Shown piece after piece: positions 55,537 to 64,000 of a stretch of 64,000 nucleotides of DNA. The DNA comes from Cyanobacteria bacterium P01_A01_bin.123 (GTDB lineage: Bacteria; Cyanobacteriota; Cyanobacteriia; Phormidesmidales; Phormidesmidaceae), in the NCBI GenBank assembly GCA_039815185.1, contig JBCBZT010000033.1, positions 1 to 64,000 of the forward strand, written 5' to 3'. Below the pieces are notes generated by a model. The model was not told the DNA's origin. It searched no databases and was given only the letters and a program-made list of their open reading frames with translations. Position numbers and translations under genes: made by a program. The number at the start of each line of letters is the position of its first letter. Position 1 is the first letter of the stretch.

Positions 55537-58194
55537 TTAACGTCGGTCAGCAGTCCACTGCCCAATGCGGAAGATGACAAACTCTGCCGGATACAGCGGG
55601 GCCACACCAATCAGGCAAATCAGTCGACCATTGTCGAGGTCGTTTTGGGTCATGGTGCTGCGATCGCAGCGGACGAAAAACGCCTCCTCGACTTTGGTGC
55701 CGGCGAGATGCCCTTCTTTCCACTCATTTGCTAAGAAACTCTCGATAGTGCGGCGAATATTGGCCCACAGGCGTTCGCCATTGGGTTCAAACACCGCCCA
55801 CTGCGTCGAGTGATCGATGGAGGCTTCCAGGAAGGCAAAGTAGCGCCGAATATTCAGATACTTCCACTCCGGATCGGAGCTGATGGTACGGGCGCCCCAC
55901 ACCCGAATACCGCGCCCTTCAAAAAAGCGAATGCAGTTAATACCGAGGGGATTCAGCACATCCTGCTGCGCCTTATTGATCAGCACTTCTATCCCAATAG
56001 CATTGCGCACCACCTCATTCGCGGGCGCTTTGTGAACCCCAATTTCCACATCGTTGCGGGCATAGATCCCTGCCATGAAGCCACTGGGGGGAAGGCTCAG
56101 ATCCTGATTGGTAATCGGGTCGTTAATGATCACCCAGGGATAGTAGAGGGCGGCACGGGTCGTATCCAGCAAGGCCCGATATTCCCGCACCCCGGATAGC
56201 GCGAGGTTATCGGGACTATCCAGCGCCGCCACCCGATAGCGCATCCGTTCACAGTGGTTGATCAGATGTTGACTAATGGCCACGATTTGGCTTTCGCGAG
56301 TACCCCAGTTATAGGAATAGCCGGGAGCCGCCACGATCGCGATTTCTTCCAGATCTTCGAGGGACTTCAGACCACTCTTGGTCGGCGAGCTGTCATCTCC
56401 TCGGCCCTCATAGCTCGACGGTGGCGGCGGGTTGCCATCATTGCCCCCCGCTAAAACATAGGAGCTGGTGTGAGACAGCAGCAGGACAGTATCGTCATCT
56501 TCGGAGGTGGGCCAATCAGCCAATCCCAGCAGGTTGGCGGCCAACTGCACATTTGTCACGGTACTGCCGCTGCGATTCTGGAGCATGATAGGCGTCTCCA
56601 GTTCCTGAATCCGATTGGCAATATCTATGCCAAAGACCTGAGTTGCACTATCTCGCAGTCGCTCTGGCAAGTCCGATATCGTGAGACCTTCCCAGAGCAG
56701 AGGTTGGGCAAACTTGCCGGGCGGCATCACCTCGACGGTGAGGGTGAGGGGGATGACGCGATCGCTGCCCGGTACCAGGCTACTCAGGGGCAGTTCGCTG
56801 CCGGTCGTGGGGGTGAAGCTCCAGGTGCCCGCGTCTCGAGCAGCACTGTAGATGAGAGGCGGGCTACCACCGGGGCGCGCAATCACCACCAAATCACCAT
56901 GGCGGAGCTGAACGACGGGACCGCTGGCCCCCATCATGAGCACATTAGCCCCCAGCCGTCCCGTGACGAGAATCGTGGCATTCCCCGCTACTCCTGGAAA
57001 ACGCGCCACCCAATCACTGTCGGCGGCCGCGATCGCCAGCAGGCGCTCAATAGTGGCCCGTTCGGCAGCATCACGAATGGGGATAATCACGTTGCCGGAC
57101 TCCGTGACCACCTCAGTGGATTCAGTCCGTAAGTCTGTGATCGCAGTAACGGCATCTGTGACCGTCGTGGGGTCAGTGCTGGAAATCGCCCCCAGGGCAT
57201 CCAGAACCAGGGCTGACGGGGCCGTGGTCGGATCGCCGGGCGTCAAATCGGCGGCTACCGTGGTGACCCCCGTCGCGGCTACCACTGCCCCATTCCCCAA
57301 CGACTCCAGGTTTGCCAAATCGGAGGTTTCGGTATCTAAATCAGCTGTTTCTCCGTCGTCTACGCCATCCCCATAGGCCGCGCCGACGTTGACTTGGGCG
57401 GTGGCGGCATCATCCAGGGCCGTGGCGATCGCGACCCACTCGGTTTCCGCCGTCGTCACGATCGGTTCCCACGTGGTCCAAGCGGTATCCAAGGCATCTA
57501 GAGCGGCGGTTTCGGCAGGTGTTGCCCCGGTTCCGAGCAGGGGGGTGATCCAGCTATCGATTTGATCATGGATATTTGGGTCGGTGCCCACTTCGTAGTC
57601 ATAGTCAAGCACGAGGGGATCGGCGGCAGCGAGCACGGCCACCACCGCAGTGATCGCGGGCTGCACCTGTCCCACAGCATAATTAAGCACCGTTAGGGCA
57701 TTGGCCCGGGCCTGTTGCAGATTGGTAATAGCGGTTCCTAAGGCCGCGAGCACAGTATTGGTGGCGGTTCTTGCCTGGTCATCCACCGCTCTAATAATCG
57801 GCACCGGAGCGGGAAGAGCGGCAATCCCACGTCCTTGCCGCTCTTCCCGGAGTTGCCGTTCTTCCTCAGTTTCATCTGGGGGACCATCGGGTAAGTCTGG
57901 CGAGGCATAGGCCCGCGCAATGTACAGGCGCGAACCACCATTGTCAAAGAAGTTGCGCACCGCATGGGCCAAATAGTTGGGCGTGGTAGAACTATCCAGG
58001 TATGCCAGCGGATCGAGTCCGCCATAAATGCGCTCAAACTGACTGAAACTGGTCATCAGCTCGGGCTCGCCATCCAACGGACCGTAGCGAGTGGCTCCCA
58101 CAAATCCAGTGGTACTGGTGCCAACCCCCTCAATGGATTTTGAGCGGAAGCTGGTTTCTTCGACATAAACACCGGGAGCAAGATATTCCGGCAT
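55537..58194 (-). CDS. Tail sheath protein 1 with large acidic insertion
   Basis: MPEYLAPGVYVEE...FFDNGG; YYPW, PPSG, HKAPANE, LNPLGINCIR, WAVFEPN. Confidence 0.95.
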   Translation of the reverse strand: MPEYLAPGVYVEETSFRSKSIEGVGTSTTGFVGATRYGPLDGEPELMTSFSQFERIYGGLDPLAYLDSSTTPNYLAHAVRNFFDNGGSRLYIARAYASPDLPDGPPDETEEERQLREERQGRGIAALPAPVPIIRAVDDQARTATNTVLAALGTAITNLQQARANALTVLNYAVGQVQPAITAVVAVLAAADPLVLDYDYEVGTDPNIHDQIDSWITPLLGTGATPAETAALDALDTAWTTWEPIVTTAETEWVAIATALDDAATAQVNVGAAYGDGVDDGETADLDTETSDLANLESLGNGAVVAATGVTTVAADLTPGDPTTAPSALVLDALGAISSTDPTTVTDAVTAITDLRTESTEVVTESGNVIIPIRDAAERATIERLLAIAAADSDWVARFPGVAGNATILVTGRLGANVLMMGASGPVVQLRHGDLVVIARPGGSPPLIYSAARDAGTWSFTPTTGSELPLSSLVPGSDRVIPLTLTVEVMPPGKFAQPLLWEGLTISDLPERLRDSATQVFGIDIANRIQELETPIMLQNRSGSTVTNVQLAANLLGLADWPTSEDDDTVLLLSHTSSYVLAGGNDGNPPPPSSYEGRGDDSSPTKSGLKSLEDLEEIAIVAAPGYSYNWGTRESQIVAISQHLINHCERMRYRVAALDSPDNLALSGVREYRALLDTTRAALYYPWVIINDPITNQDLSLPPSGFMAGIYARNDVEIGVHKAPANEVVRNAIGIEVLINKAQQDVLNPLGINCIRFFEGRGIRVWGARTISSDPEWKYLNIRRYFAFLEASIDHSTQWAVFEPNGERLWANIRRTIESFLANEWKEGHLAGTKVEEAFFVRCDRSTMTQNDLDNGRLICLIGVAPLYPAEFVIFRIGQWTADRR

Positions 58195-58257
58195 GGGCTA
58201 CTCTCCTTGTGCGACAGTGATGGAGTTCTGGGGGGGGGTGACACCCTGGGCAAACCG

Positions 58258-59196
58258 CTAGGTTTGCCCAATTCGCAGAACCGATTCCAGCTCTGCATCT
58301 GGCCCTGGCCCCAGGGCCGTTCGCAAAATTAGGGGCTCACCAAACCGCAGCGGCAGGGTTAAGGTGGCCTGGGACTGCAGCGCGGGCGGATCGTTCGTTG
58401 TCCAAACCGTACCGATCGCGGCAGCGGGTTGCGCGAGCAACGCTTCTAAATTCGGCACTGGGCTGCCCGGCAAGCGAGCGGGGTTGAGGCTATACCGCAC
58501 GGTGATCGCCAAAGTGAATTCCTGCTGACTCAAGGGCGGATAGGGAGTCCCCGCTGTCACGGGCTCAGGCACGGCAGGATAGGGCACTGGCAGCGCCAAA
58601 ATCCCCTGCGCGTCGGCCAGGCCGTAGTGGTCGAAGGTGGCATCGGGCGGTGAGTCCGCTGACTGCACACGCACCAAGGCATGGGCTGCTGGCGTGGTGC
58701 CTTCCCCGAGAACCAACTGCGCCCGAATCATGGCCCGTCCCGGAGGTACCGGACGCATTGGGCTAGACCAGAGTTGAATCCCTAGAGCCTTGTCAGGATC
58801 CAAGTTGGGTTGCAGCAGGGGAATGCTCAGCCACTCCCCCTGACCCTTAAACACACCGCGAAAGGGCGATCGCGCCACGAAAGAAACTGGCAAGTAGCGC
58901 GATCGCCGATCCACCATATCGATAACAACCAATTGCTCCGGCGGCAGCGTATCCCAGAGTTCAGGAGTATCCGCTGCCAGGGTTTCGCTATCGGTTAGGC
59001 CAAAGAAGGCGATCGTGCCACTGGGAGTACTTTGCCCGGCAACCGATTTGCCGAGGCGTTGCGTGCGATCGGTACTCAGGCGCTGCACCGTCACTTGCAA
59101 ACCATCTGCCACAATGTCATGGGTTAGTCGATCCCAAAAACGCACCCCCAACAGGGTTCGAGTTTGATGGCGTTCTAGCGAAATGAGTTTCATCAT
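58258..59196 (-). CDS. eCIS-associated hypothetical protein (beta-rich)
   Basis: 312-aa ORF overlapping the DUF4255 stop; LGVRFWD, HYGLADAQG. Confidence 0.7.
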   Translation of the reverse strand: MMKLISLERHQTRTLLGVRFWDRLTHDIVADGLQVTVQRLSTDRTQRLGKSVAGQSTPSGTIAFFGLTDSETLAADTPELWDTLPPEQLVVIDMVDRRSRYLPVSFVARSPFRGVFKGQGEWLSIPLLQPNLDPDKALGIQLWSSPMRPVPPGRAMIRAQLVLGEGTTPAAHALVRVQSADSPPDATFDHYGLADAQGILALPVPYPAVPEPVTAGTPYPPLSQQEFTLAITVRYSLNPARLPGSPVPNLEALLAQPAAAIGTVWTTNDPPALQSQATLTLPLRFGEPLILRTALGPGPDAELESVLRIGQT

Positions 59197-59837
59197 CGGG
59201 CAACCTCCAAGCGCTGCATATCAGCCGTGCGCACTTGGACGGGCTCACTCGTGCCCCGGATTTGCCGAGACGCCAGCAGCAAGTTCCGCACCAAGTAAGG
59301 AATCGTAATCTGGTAATGTAGTTCTCCGTTACCTAGCGTGTCCCATAATTGCAAAAGCTCTTCGCCATTCATCTCACTCAGCACTAACTCAACCGCTTCC
59401 GACTCGTCAAAAATGGGGGTACTGCTATTGATATTGAGCACCGAGGCGGGAATCAGAGGGTAATCCTCCAAGGTCCGCATCACCCAACCAACCAAGCGGT
59501 TTTGGGTACTGGCGCTCTCGCCCCAAATGGTGATCAATAGATACAAATCCAATGGCAAGCTGGCATAATGCCGTCGCCCGTCCGGCAACAAGGCCCCGCT
59601 GGGGGTTCGATGAGAGAGGTTAGGCAAGGCCCGATACAAAAACACGGAGGCCCCCGAACTAATGCGACCACTGGCATTGCCATTAGAATTGGGATTTGCA
59701 AAGTCCGTCGGCTGATAGACCGCAAACGTAGGATTGATTTCATCAAACCCCAACTCAACAAGTTGCTCCGCCATCGCCGCTTGCAAAATATGCACAATGG
59801 CGGAGCACACTGCATGCACAGCATCAGTGGTAGCCAT
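59193..59837 (-). CDS. DUF4255 / Pvc16-like cap (terminator) protein
   Basis: SVFLYR...N...LPLDLYLLIT.W...Q..LVGWVMRTLED.P...L.QLW. Confidence 0.9.
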   Translation of the reverse strand: MATTDAVHAVCSAIVHILQAAMAEQLVELGFDEINPTFAVYQPTDFANPNSNGNASGRISSGASVFLYRALPNLSHRTPSGALLPDGRRHYASLPLDLYLLITIWGESASTQNRLVGWVMRTLEDYPLIPASVLNINSSTPIFDESEAVELVLSEMNGEELLQLWDTLGNGELHYQITIPYLVRNLLLASRQIRGTSEPVQVRTADMQRLEVAR

Positions 59838-59982
59838 AATTAACCTTAGGCAATAAGCTCATCGAAATCCAAATCTCCTCAGAAGAAGAATCGCAATCAA
59901 CTATGCAAAAACACTGGAAACCACCAGCTACCCAAAGCAGCCCTATAAGACTCAATTGAAAATCAATAGCAAATCAACTTTA

Positions 59983-60010
59983 TTTCCTGATAAACCCTAA
60001 TATCAGGAAA
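59983..60010. promoter_or_regulatory. Perfect inverted repeat upstream of the eCIS operon
   Basis: TTTCCTGATA-AACCCTAA-TATCAGGAAA. Confidence 0.5.
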
Positions 60011-60292
60011 ATTCATTGCTCTTATGTTCCAGAGCTACCTTAGGCAAAAGATCTAAGGAAGAGGAAGTCGTGAGCATTGCTATGAGCTGCCAAATACAGA
60101 AGCAGAAAATCTACGGACAAAGGAGTGTATTTTGAACAGATATAGCCTATCGCTTTCTACGCAGTCTTAATGACCCTAACTGCGCAACACAAGAAGGAGT
60201 GTAAGCGTTTTACTTTGATCTGCTATGACGAGTGGAGCTTTCCCTTTGAGTATCAATTCTAAAGGGGGCGAACAAGGATGAATTACTGAATT

Positions 60293-60332
60293 TACAATCT
60301 GTATCCATTCCTACAATCTGTATCCATTCCTA
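60293..60332. repeat. 19-bp tandem duplication
   Basis: TACAATCTGTATCCATTCC x2. Confidence 0.8.
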
Positions 60333-60348
60333 TAGAATCCATTTGGGG

Positions 60349-60436
60349 GATTTTGTTGCAAAAACAGGACTTAGATCGTTTGATGGGAGGGCTGATCGCA
60401 TCTCCCCCCAATGTCTACTTCACCCCCCTTCAAGTG
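60349..60436 (+). mobile_element. IS6-family left-end remnant (paralog of 22775-22865)
   Basis: TGTTGCAAAAACAGG.CTTAGATCGTTTGATGGGA ... CCCCCAATGTC..CTTCACCCCCC.TTCAAGTG shared between the two sites. Confidence 0.75.
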
Positions 60437-60515
60437 AAAGTGTCAGATCTGAGTCGCCAAAATAGAGTGCTGGTAGGATAGAGGATACCTTTAAGCCTTG
60501 CTCTGTATACCTTCT

Positions 60516-60662
60516 ATGGATTGCCCTCACTGTCAATCGACCCGCATTTCGGTTCTACAACGTCAGACCAGCTTGGGCTATGCCATGTTTCAGTGTAAGG
60601 TGCATCGGCGAACCTACAATGAGCGTACGGGCCACCCTTTCAATTTTATTGAAGTCCCAACA
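60516..60662 (+). pseudogene. Truncated N-terminus of a zinc-ribbon IS6-type transposase
   Basis: MDCPHCQS...TSLGY..F.C...R.YNERTG.PFN...PT, interrupted by the IS at 60663. Confidence 0.7.
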
Positions 60663-61503
60663 GGTTCTGTCGCAAAAATAATTGGGTGGAGAGCTTAGAG
60701 GGTATAGTGTTTCAGCTCATCCCTTCGCCCTAAGTTCATGCCCAAACCGTCCCCGTTCAAATGAAAGCACTATCAAGCTGAAATTATCCTGCTCAATGTG
60801 CATTGGTATTGCCACTATCCGTTGAGTTATCGGCAACTCGAAGAGATGATGCAGACGCGGGGCTTAACAGTTGACCACAGCACGATCCATCGTTGGGTGT
60901 TGCAATATGGTCGTGAGTTGAATCGGCGTTGTCGCCGTCATCTTCAACCCACGAATGACTCATGGCGGGTGGATGAAACGTACATTGAAGTCAAAGGTGA
61001 ATGGAAATATCTCTACCGAGCGGTGGATTCCAGTGGTCAAACCCTGGACTTTATGCTCAGTGCCAAACGCGATGCTAAAGCAGCCAAGCGGTTTCTCAAG
61101 AAGGTTCTCAACGCTTCGCATACGAAAACTCCCCGTGTGATCAATGTCGATAAACATGCCGCTTATCCGGCTGCAGTCCGAGAACTCAAAGCGGAGCAAG
61201 CCCTGCCTCTGGCCACCAAGCTGCGACCCAGCAAATACCTTAATAATCTTGTGGAGCAAGACCATCGCAACATCAAACGCTTGGTCAAGCCGGGATTGGG
61301 CTTTGGCTCATTCCAGACCGCTTGGCGGACGCTCCAAGGTTATGAGGCGATGGCTATGATCCGCAAAGGTCAGATCCAAGCTGTCGAGCGTAACGATATC
61401 ACAGGACAGATCTCTTTCATCCATCACCTCTTTGGTCTAACAGCGTAATAGGTAAAACATATGATGGCGTTGTTATAGCCTTGCCGCTCTTTGCGACAGA
61501 ACC
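60663..61503 (+). mobile_element. IS6-family insertion sequence (841 bp)
   Basis: Perfect 14-bp IRs GGTTCTGTCGCAAA / TTTGCGACAGAACC; no target duplication seen. Confidence 0.92.
60738..61448 (+). pseudogene. IS6 DDE transposase with premature TGA at codon 9
   Basis: MPKPSPFK*KHYQAEIILL...SWRVDETY...YLYRAVD...NVDK...NNLVEQDHR; TGA at 60762 where Trp is expected. Confidence 0.85.
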
Positions 61504-61507
61504 CTAT

Positions 61508-64000
61508 TTATAACCAGTTACCGACCAAAATTAATGGTGCCCAATTACCGGGATTAGCATTTGGCTGGATAGCAGCAATCTGAGCCGCTTGAAGTGCTTG
61601 GGCTTTGTTAAGCTCAGAATTCTTCAAACCTTCATAGAAAGTACTGATAATTTCGGCGGTAGTGGCATCGTCAATGAGCCATAGAGATGCGATCGCGCTT
61701 CTGGCTCCAGCGCGAATAGCGACGCCTGCTAACCCTAGGGTTGAGCGATCATCGCCCACACCTGTTTCACAGGCCGTTAAGGTGATTAGCTCAATTGGAC
61801 CAGTGTTCGACGAGTTTTCTCGAATCAACGCTTCCAATGCGCCAAAGGTAAGCCTTTCCCCTTCACCTGTCACAATGAAAGTGTTATCAGGATCAGCACT
61901 AAATTGGCCATGGGTAGCAATGTGCAAGATGGGATAGCTGTTTCCGGCTAACGCCGTGGCCAAATTGTTACGGGTGAATGCTTCATTGAGCAGCGGTTGT
62001 GGACTGCCAGAAAATGTCCCACTGACCTGTGCAACTTCGTTTGGGACATTGGGTAAAGGATCATAGCAACGGTTACCCACTTGCTCACAAACACGCTCAC
62101 TAAGACCAACGGTTAGCACGCTTAAGCCTTCTGGATTTAAGGGTTTAGGATCGGTCAGCGTTAAGGATGGGGTAGTTGCGATCGCGAATTTTTCGATCAG
62201 ATATTGATTGCCATCCCACAGGGCTGCCATGGGAATGCTGCGGAGAATACCATCTTGGATAAAGACAAGGGTGTCAACTTGAGCGTTTTGTAGTTCTATC
62301 TCAAAGGGTTTAATGATCCACTGGTAGAGCTGTTTGGCAAAGTTGTTGTCGTAGGTTAGGTCGTAGGACTTTTCTAAACCCTCAAGGTATTGGTTAACGG
62401 TTTGTCTCAAAATTTCGTTGTCCGTCTCAATCCACGCCAGCTCTGGGGAAGCATCTGGCAAGTTTAGGATCAAGGCTGTTCTTTTATCAAAGATAATGGA
62501 ACTAATGACGGCAGAGGTGCTGTTTTGATTCACTAAACCCACTACCCGCTCTTGCTGGAGCGGACTAAGTAGACAGTCATCTCCAAAATAGTTTTGCAGT
62601 TCGGCCAATTTGAGCGCATCAGCCGTATTCAGAACGCCATCTAAACTCTCAAGCAAAACATCTTGGGAATCTGTAGTCGTTTCATCAAATTGCTTGAGCA
62701 CTGTCGTCTCTTCCACCAACTGGAGTTGGAGTTTGATCATCGTGCGATAAAGCGGTTCAACTGAGTCGCGAAAGTCAAATTGTAGATCCTGGGCCGCCGT
62801 CAAAATATCGTCACGAATGGTCTCTAGTGTTTTAATAGCTTGGTTGTAGGTTTCTAGCGCTTTGGTGAGCTCTCCTTGGGTTTCATAAATCCGCCCTGCT
62901 TGCCATTGCCAGAGATACTCACTATCGGCAGAGGTTAAGGCTTCACTAGCTTGCCACTCAGCCTTTTGAGAGAGATCAAGGGCGCGAGCCAAGAAGGTCT
63001 CTCCACGACACTCATCGAGATGGCCAAGCTGCCCAGTTGCGAAAGACTGGGCCCGAAAGTCGTTGATATTAACCGCAATGTCCTGTGCCTTTTCTAGCCA
63101 GGTTTGGACTTGGACTTCACTACCGGCAATAAAGCAACTAAAGGGCGCTAGGTCTTGCTGGTAAGACTTAGCCAAGGCGATCGCAGCATAAGCCGTTTCG
63201 CGGGATTCAGGAACTTGCAGCAGCAGTTGGCTCAGTCGCTGCTGGGTCGGTGCCAAATTTGAACCAGAAACTCCTCTGCGGTAAAGCTTCAGTAGGTTGA
63301 GGTGAGTGCGGATCTCACCGACTAAATCGTTGTGGTGTTGAGCCAGTGTGAGTGCCTCGTTTAGGTGGGCGATCGCGGTTTGAAATTGCCCATCCCCCTC
63401 TGCTCGAAAGCTTTGTGCAGAACGGCTAAAAGTCAAATTTTCGGCAGACTCTGCCCGTTGATAATTAACCAAGGCTCTTCTGCCATAGGTGTTACCCAGG
63501 CTATTCAACATGGGAATTTGGTAAGTCGCTAGAGCAGGATCTTGTCTAGCCAGATATAACCCTTCAGAGAGGACAGTCAGGGCCACCTCATAATCTCCTT
63601 TGAGACGATAGGCATCGCCTAAACTGCCAAGGGCTGCCACTTCACCTTCTAAATCTTGAGCTGCAACTGCAATGGGGTAAGCACCATCTACAGTGCAGTT
63701 TTGGATAATCGCTTCAAGGGTAATGATTTCAGCTTCGACATCAGAATCAAGGGGCAGACAGAGTAGGGCAATGGCGCGTCGATATTGCCCCAGGTTGGTA
63801 TAAATTTGGGCCTGTTCAGTTTGGATGCGTCCCGCTCTAGCGAGCATGGCGAGCTCGTGGTAAATATCGGCTGCATTGTTTAAGTAAGACAGCGCTGTCT
63901 CTGTCTGCCCCAATTGTTGATGAGCTTTGGCCAAATTAGTTTGAATAATCGCGGCTTGTTCAGAATTTCTGTCGCCATCAGAATAGGCAGCTAAGGCGTT
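61508..64000 (-). CDS. CHAT-domain (caspase-like) TPR protein, 5' end outside the window
   Basis: TPR repeats, catalytic HIATHG and LTACETG, ASLW, W.P.IL.GNWL; frame open to the window edge. Confidence 0.92.
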   Translation of the reverse strand, partial: NALAAYSDGDRNSEQAAIIQTNLAKAHQQLGQTETALSYLNNAADIYHELAMLARAGRIQTEQAQIYTNLGQYRRAIALLCLPLDSDVEAEIITLEAIIQNCTVDGAYPIAVAAQDLEGEVAALGSLGDAYRLKGDYEVALTVLSEGLYLARQDPALATYQIPMLNSLGNTYGRRALVNYQRAESAENLTFSRSAQSFRAEGDGQFQTAIAHLNEALTLAQHHNDLVGEIRTHLNLLKLYRRGVSGSNLAPTQQRLSQLLLQVPESRETAYAAIALAKSYQQDLAPFSCFIAGSEVQVQTWLEKAQDIAVNINDFRAQSFATGQLGHLDECRGETFLARALDLSQKAEWQASEALTSADSEYLWQWQAGRIYETQGELTKALETYNQAIKTLETIRDDILTAAQDLQFDFRDSVEPLYRTMIKLQLQLVEETTVLKQFDETTTDSQDVLLESLDGVLNTADALKLAELQNYFGDDCLLSPLQQERVVGLVNQNSTSAVISSIIFDKRTALILNLPDASPELAWIETDNEILRQTVNQYLEGLEKSYDLTYDNNFAKQLYQWIIKPFEIELQNAQVDTLVFIQDGILRSIPMAALWDGNQYLIEKFAIATTPSLTLTDPKPLNPEGLSVLTVGLSERVCEQVGNRCYDPLPNVPNEVAQVSGTFSGSPQPLLNEAFTRNNLATALAGNSYPILHIATHGQFSADPDNTFIVTGEGERLTFGALEALIRENSSNTGPIELITLTACETGVGDDRSTLGLAGVAIRAGARSAIASLWLIDDATTAEIISTFYEGLKNSELNKAQALQAAQIAAIQPNANPGNWAPLILVGNWL

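Noticed and set aside
24005..59837. Prophage or T6SS interpretation
   Set aside because: No capsid, portal, terminase, integrase, lysis or TssJLM genes; DUF4255, Afp15-type ATPase and DUF4157 indicate eCIS
23956..61511. Target-site duplication for a composite transposon
   Set aside because: Flanks CTAAGAAC and CTATTTAT do not match

Overview
Cyanobacterial DNA (abundant HIP1 octamer GCGATCGC, heptamer intergenic repeats), apparently an accessory or mobile region with three blocks. (1) 1.7-22.8 kb is a copper-homeostasis island: two tandem Tat multicopper oxidases, a cupredoxin-domain protein, P1B-1 and P1B-3 Cu-ATPases, CopZ, an RND pump with adaptor and FixH/YtkA-like lipoprotein, an RppA/RppB-type two-component system, a second OmpR-family regulator, a MerR regulator, and DUF411 and Spy/CpxP-like proteins. 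Four MerR-type promoters with 20-bp spacers and five TTTCAT-N5-TTTCA(T/C) boxes are readable in the DNA. (2) 22.8-24 kb is a junction with IS6 ends and a small RHH gene with a perfect 32-bp palindrome. (3) 24-59.8 kb is an apparently complete extracellular contractile injection system (eCIS) on the minus strand: DUF4255 cap, 2 sheaths, 2 tubes, Afp7-like protein, split spike, gp25, baseplate, fibre-like proteins, tape-measure-like protein, AAA ATPase and two DUF4157 cargo proteins (one with an RNase A-like tip, one with a PLA2-like Cys-rich module). No PAAR gene is visible; a protein with a C-terminal transmembrane helix occupies that position. The eCIS is bracketed by IS6 ends/elements and followed by a 5'-truncated CHAT/TPR protein. 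All family assignments come from motif recognition by eye, not database searches.
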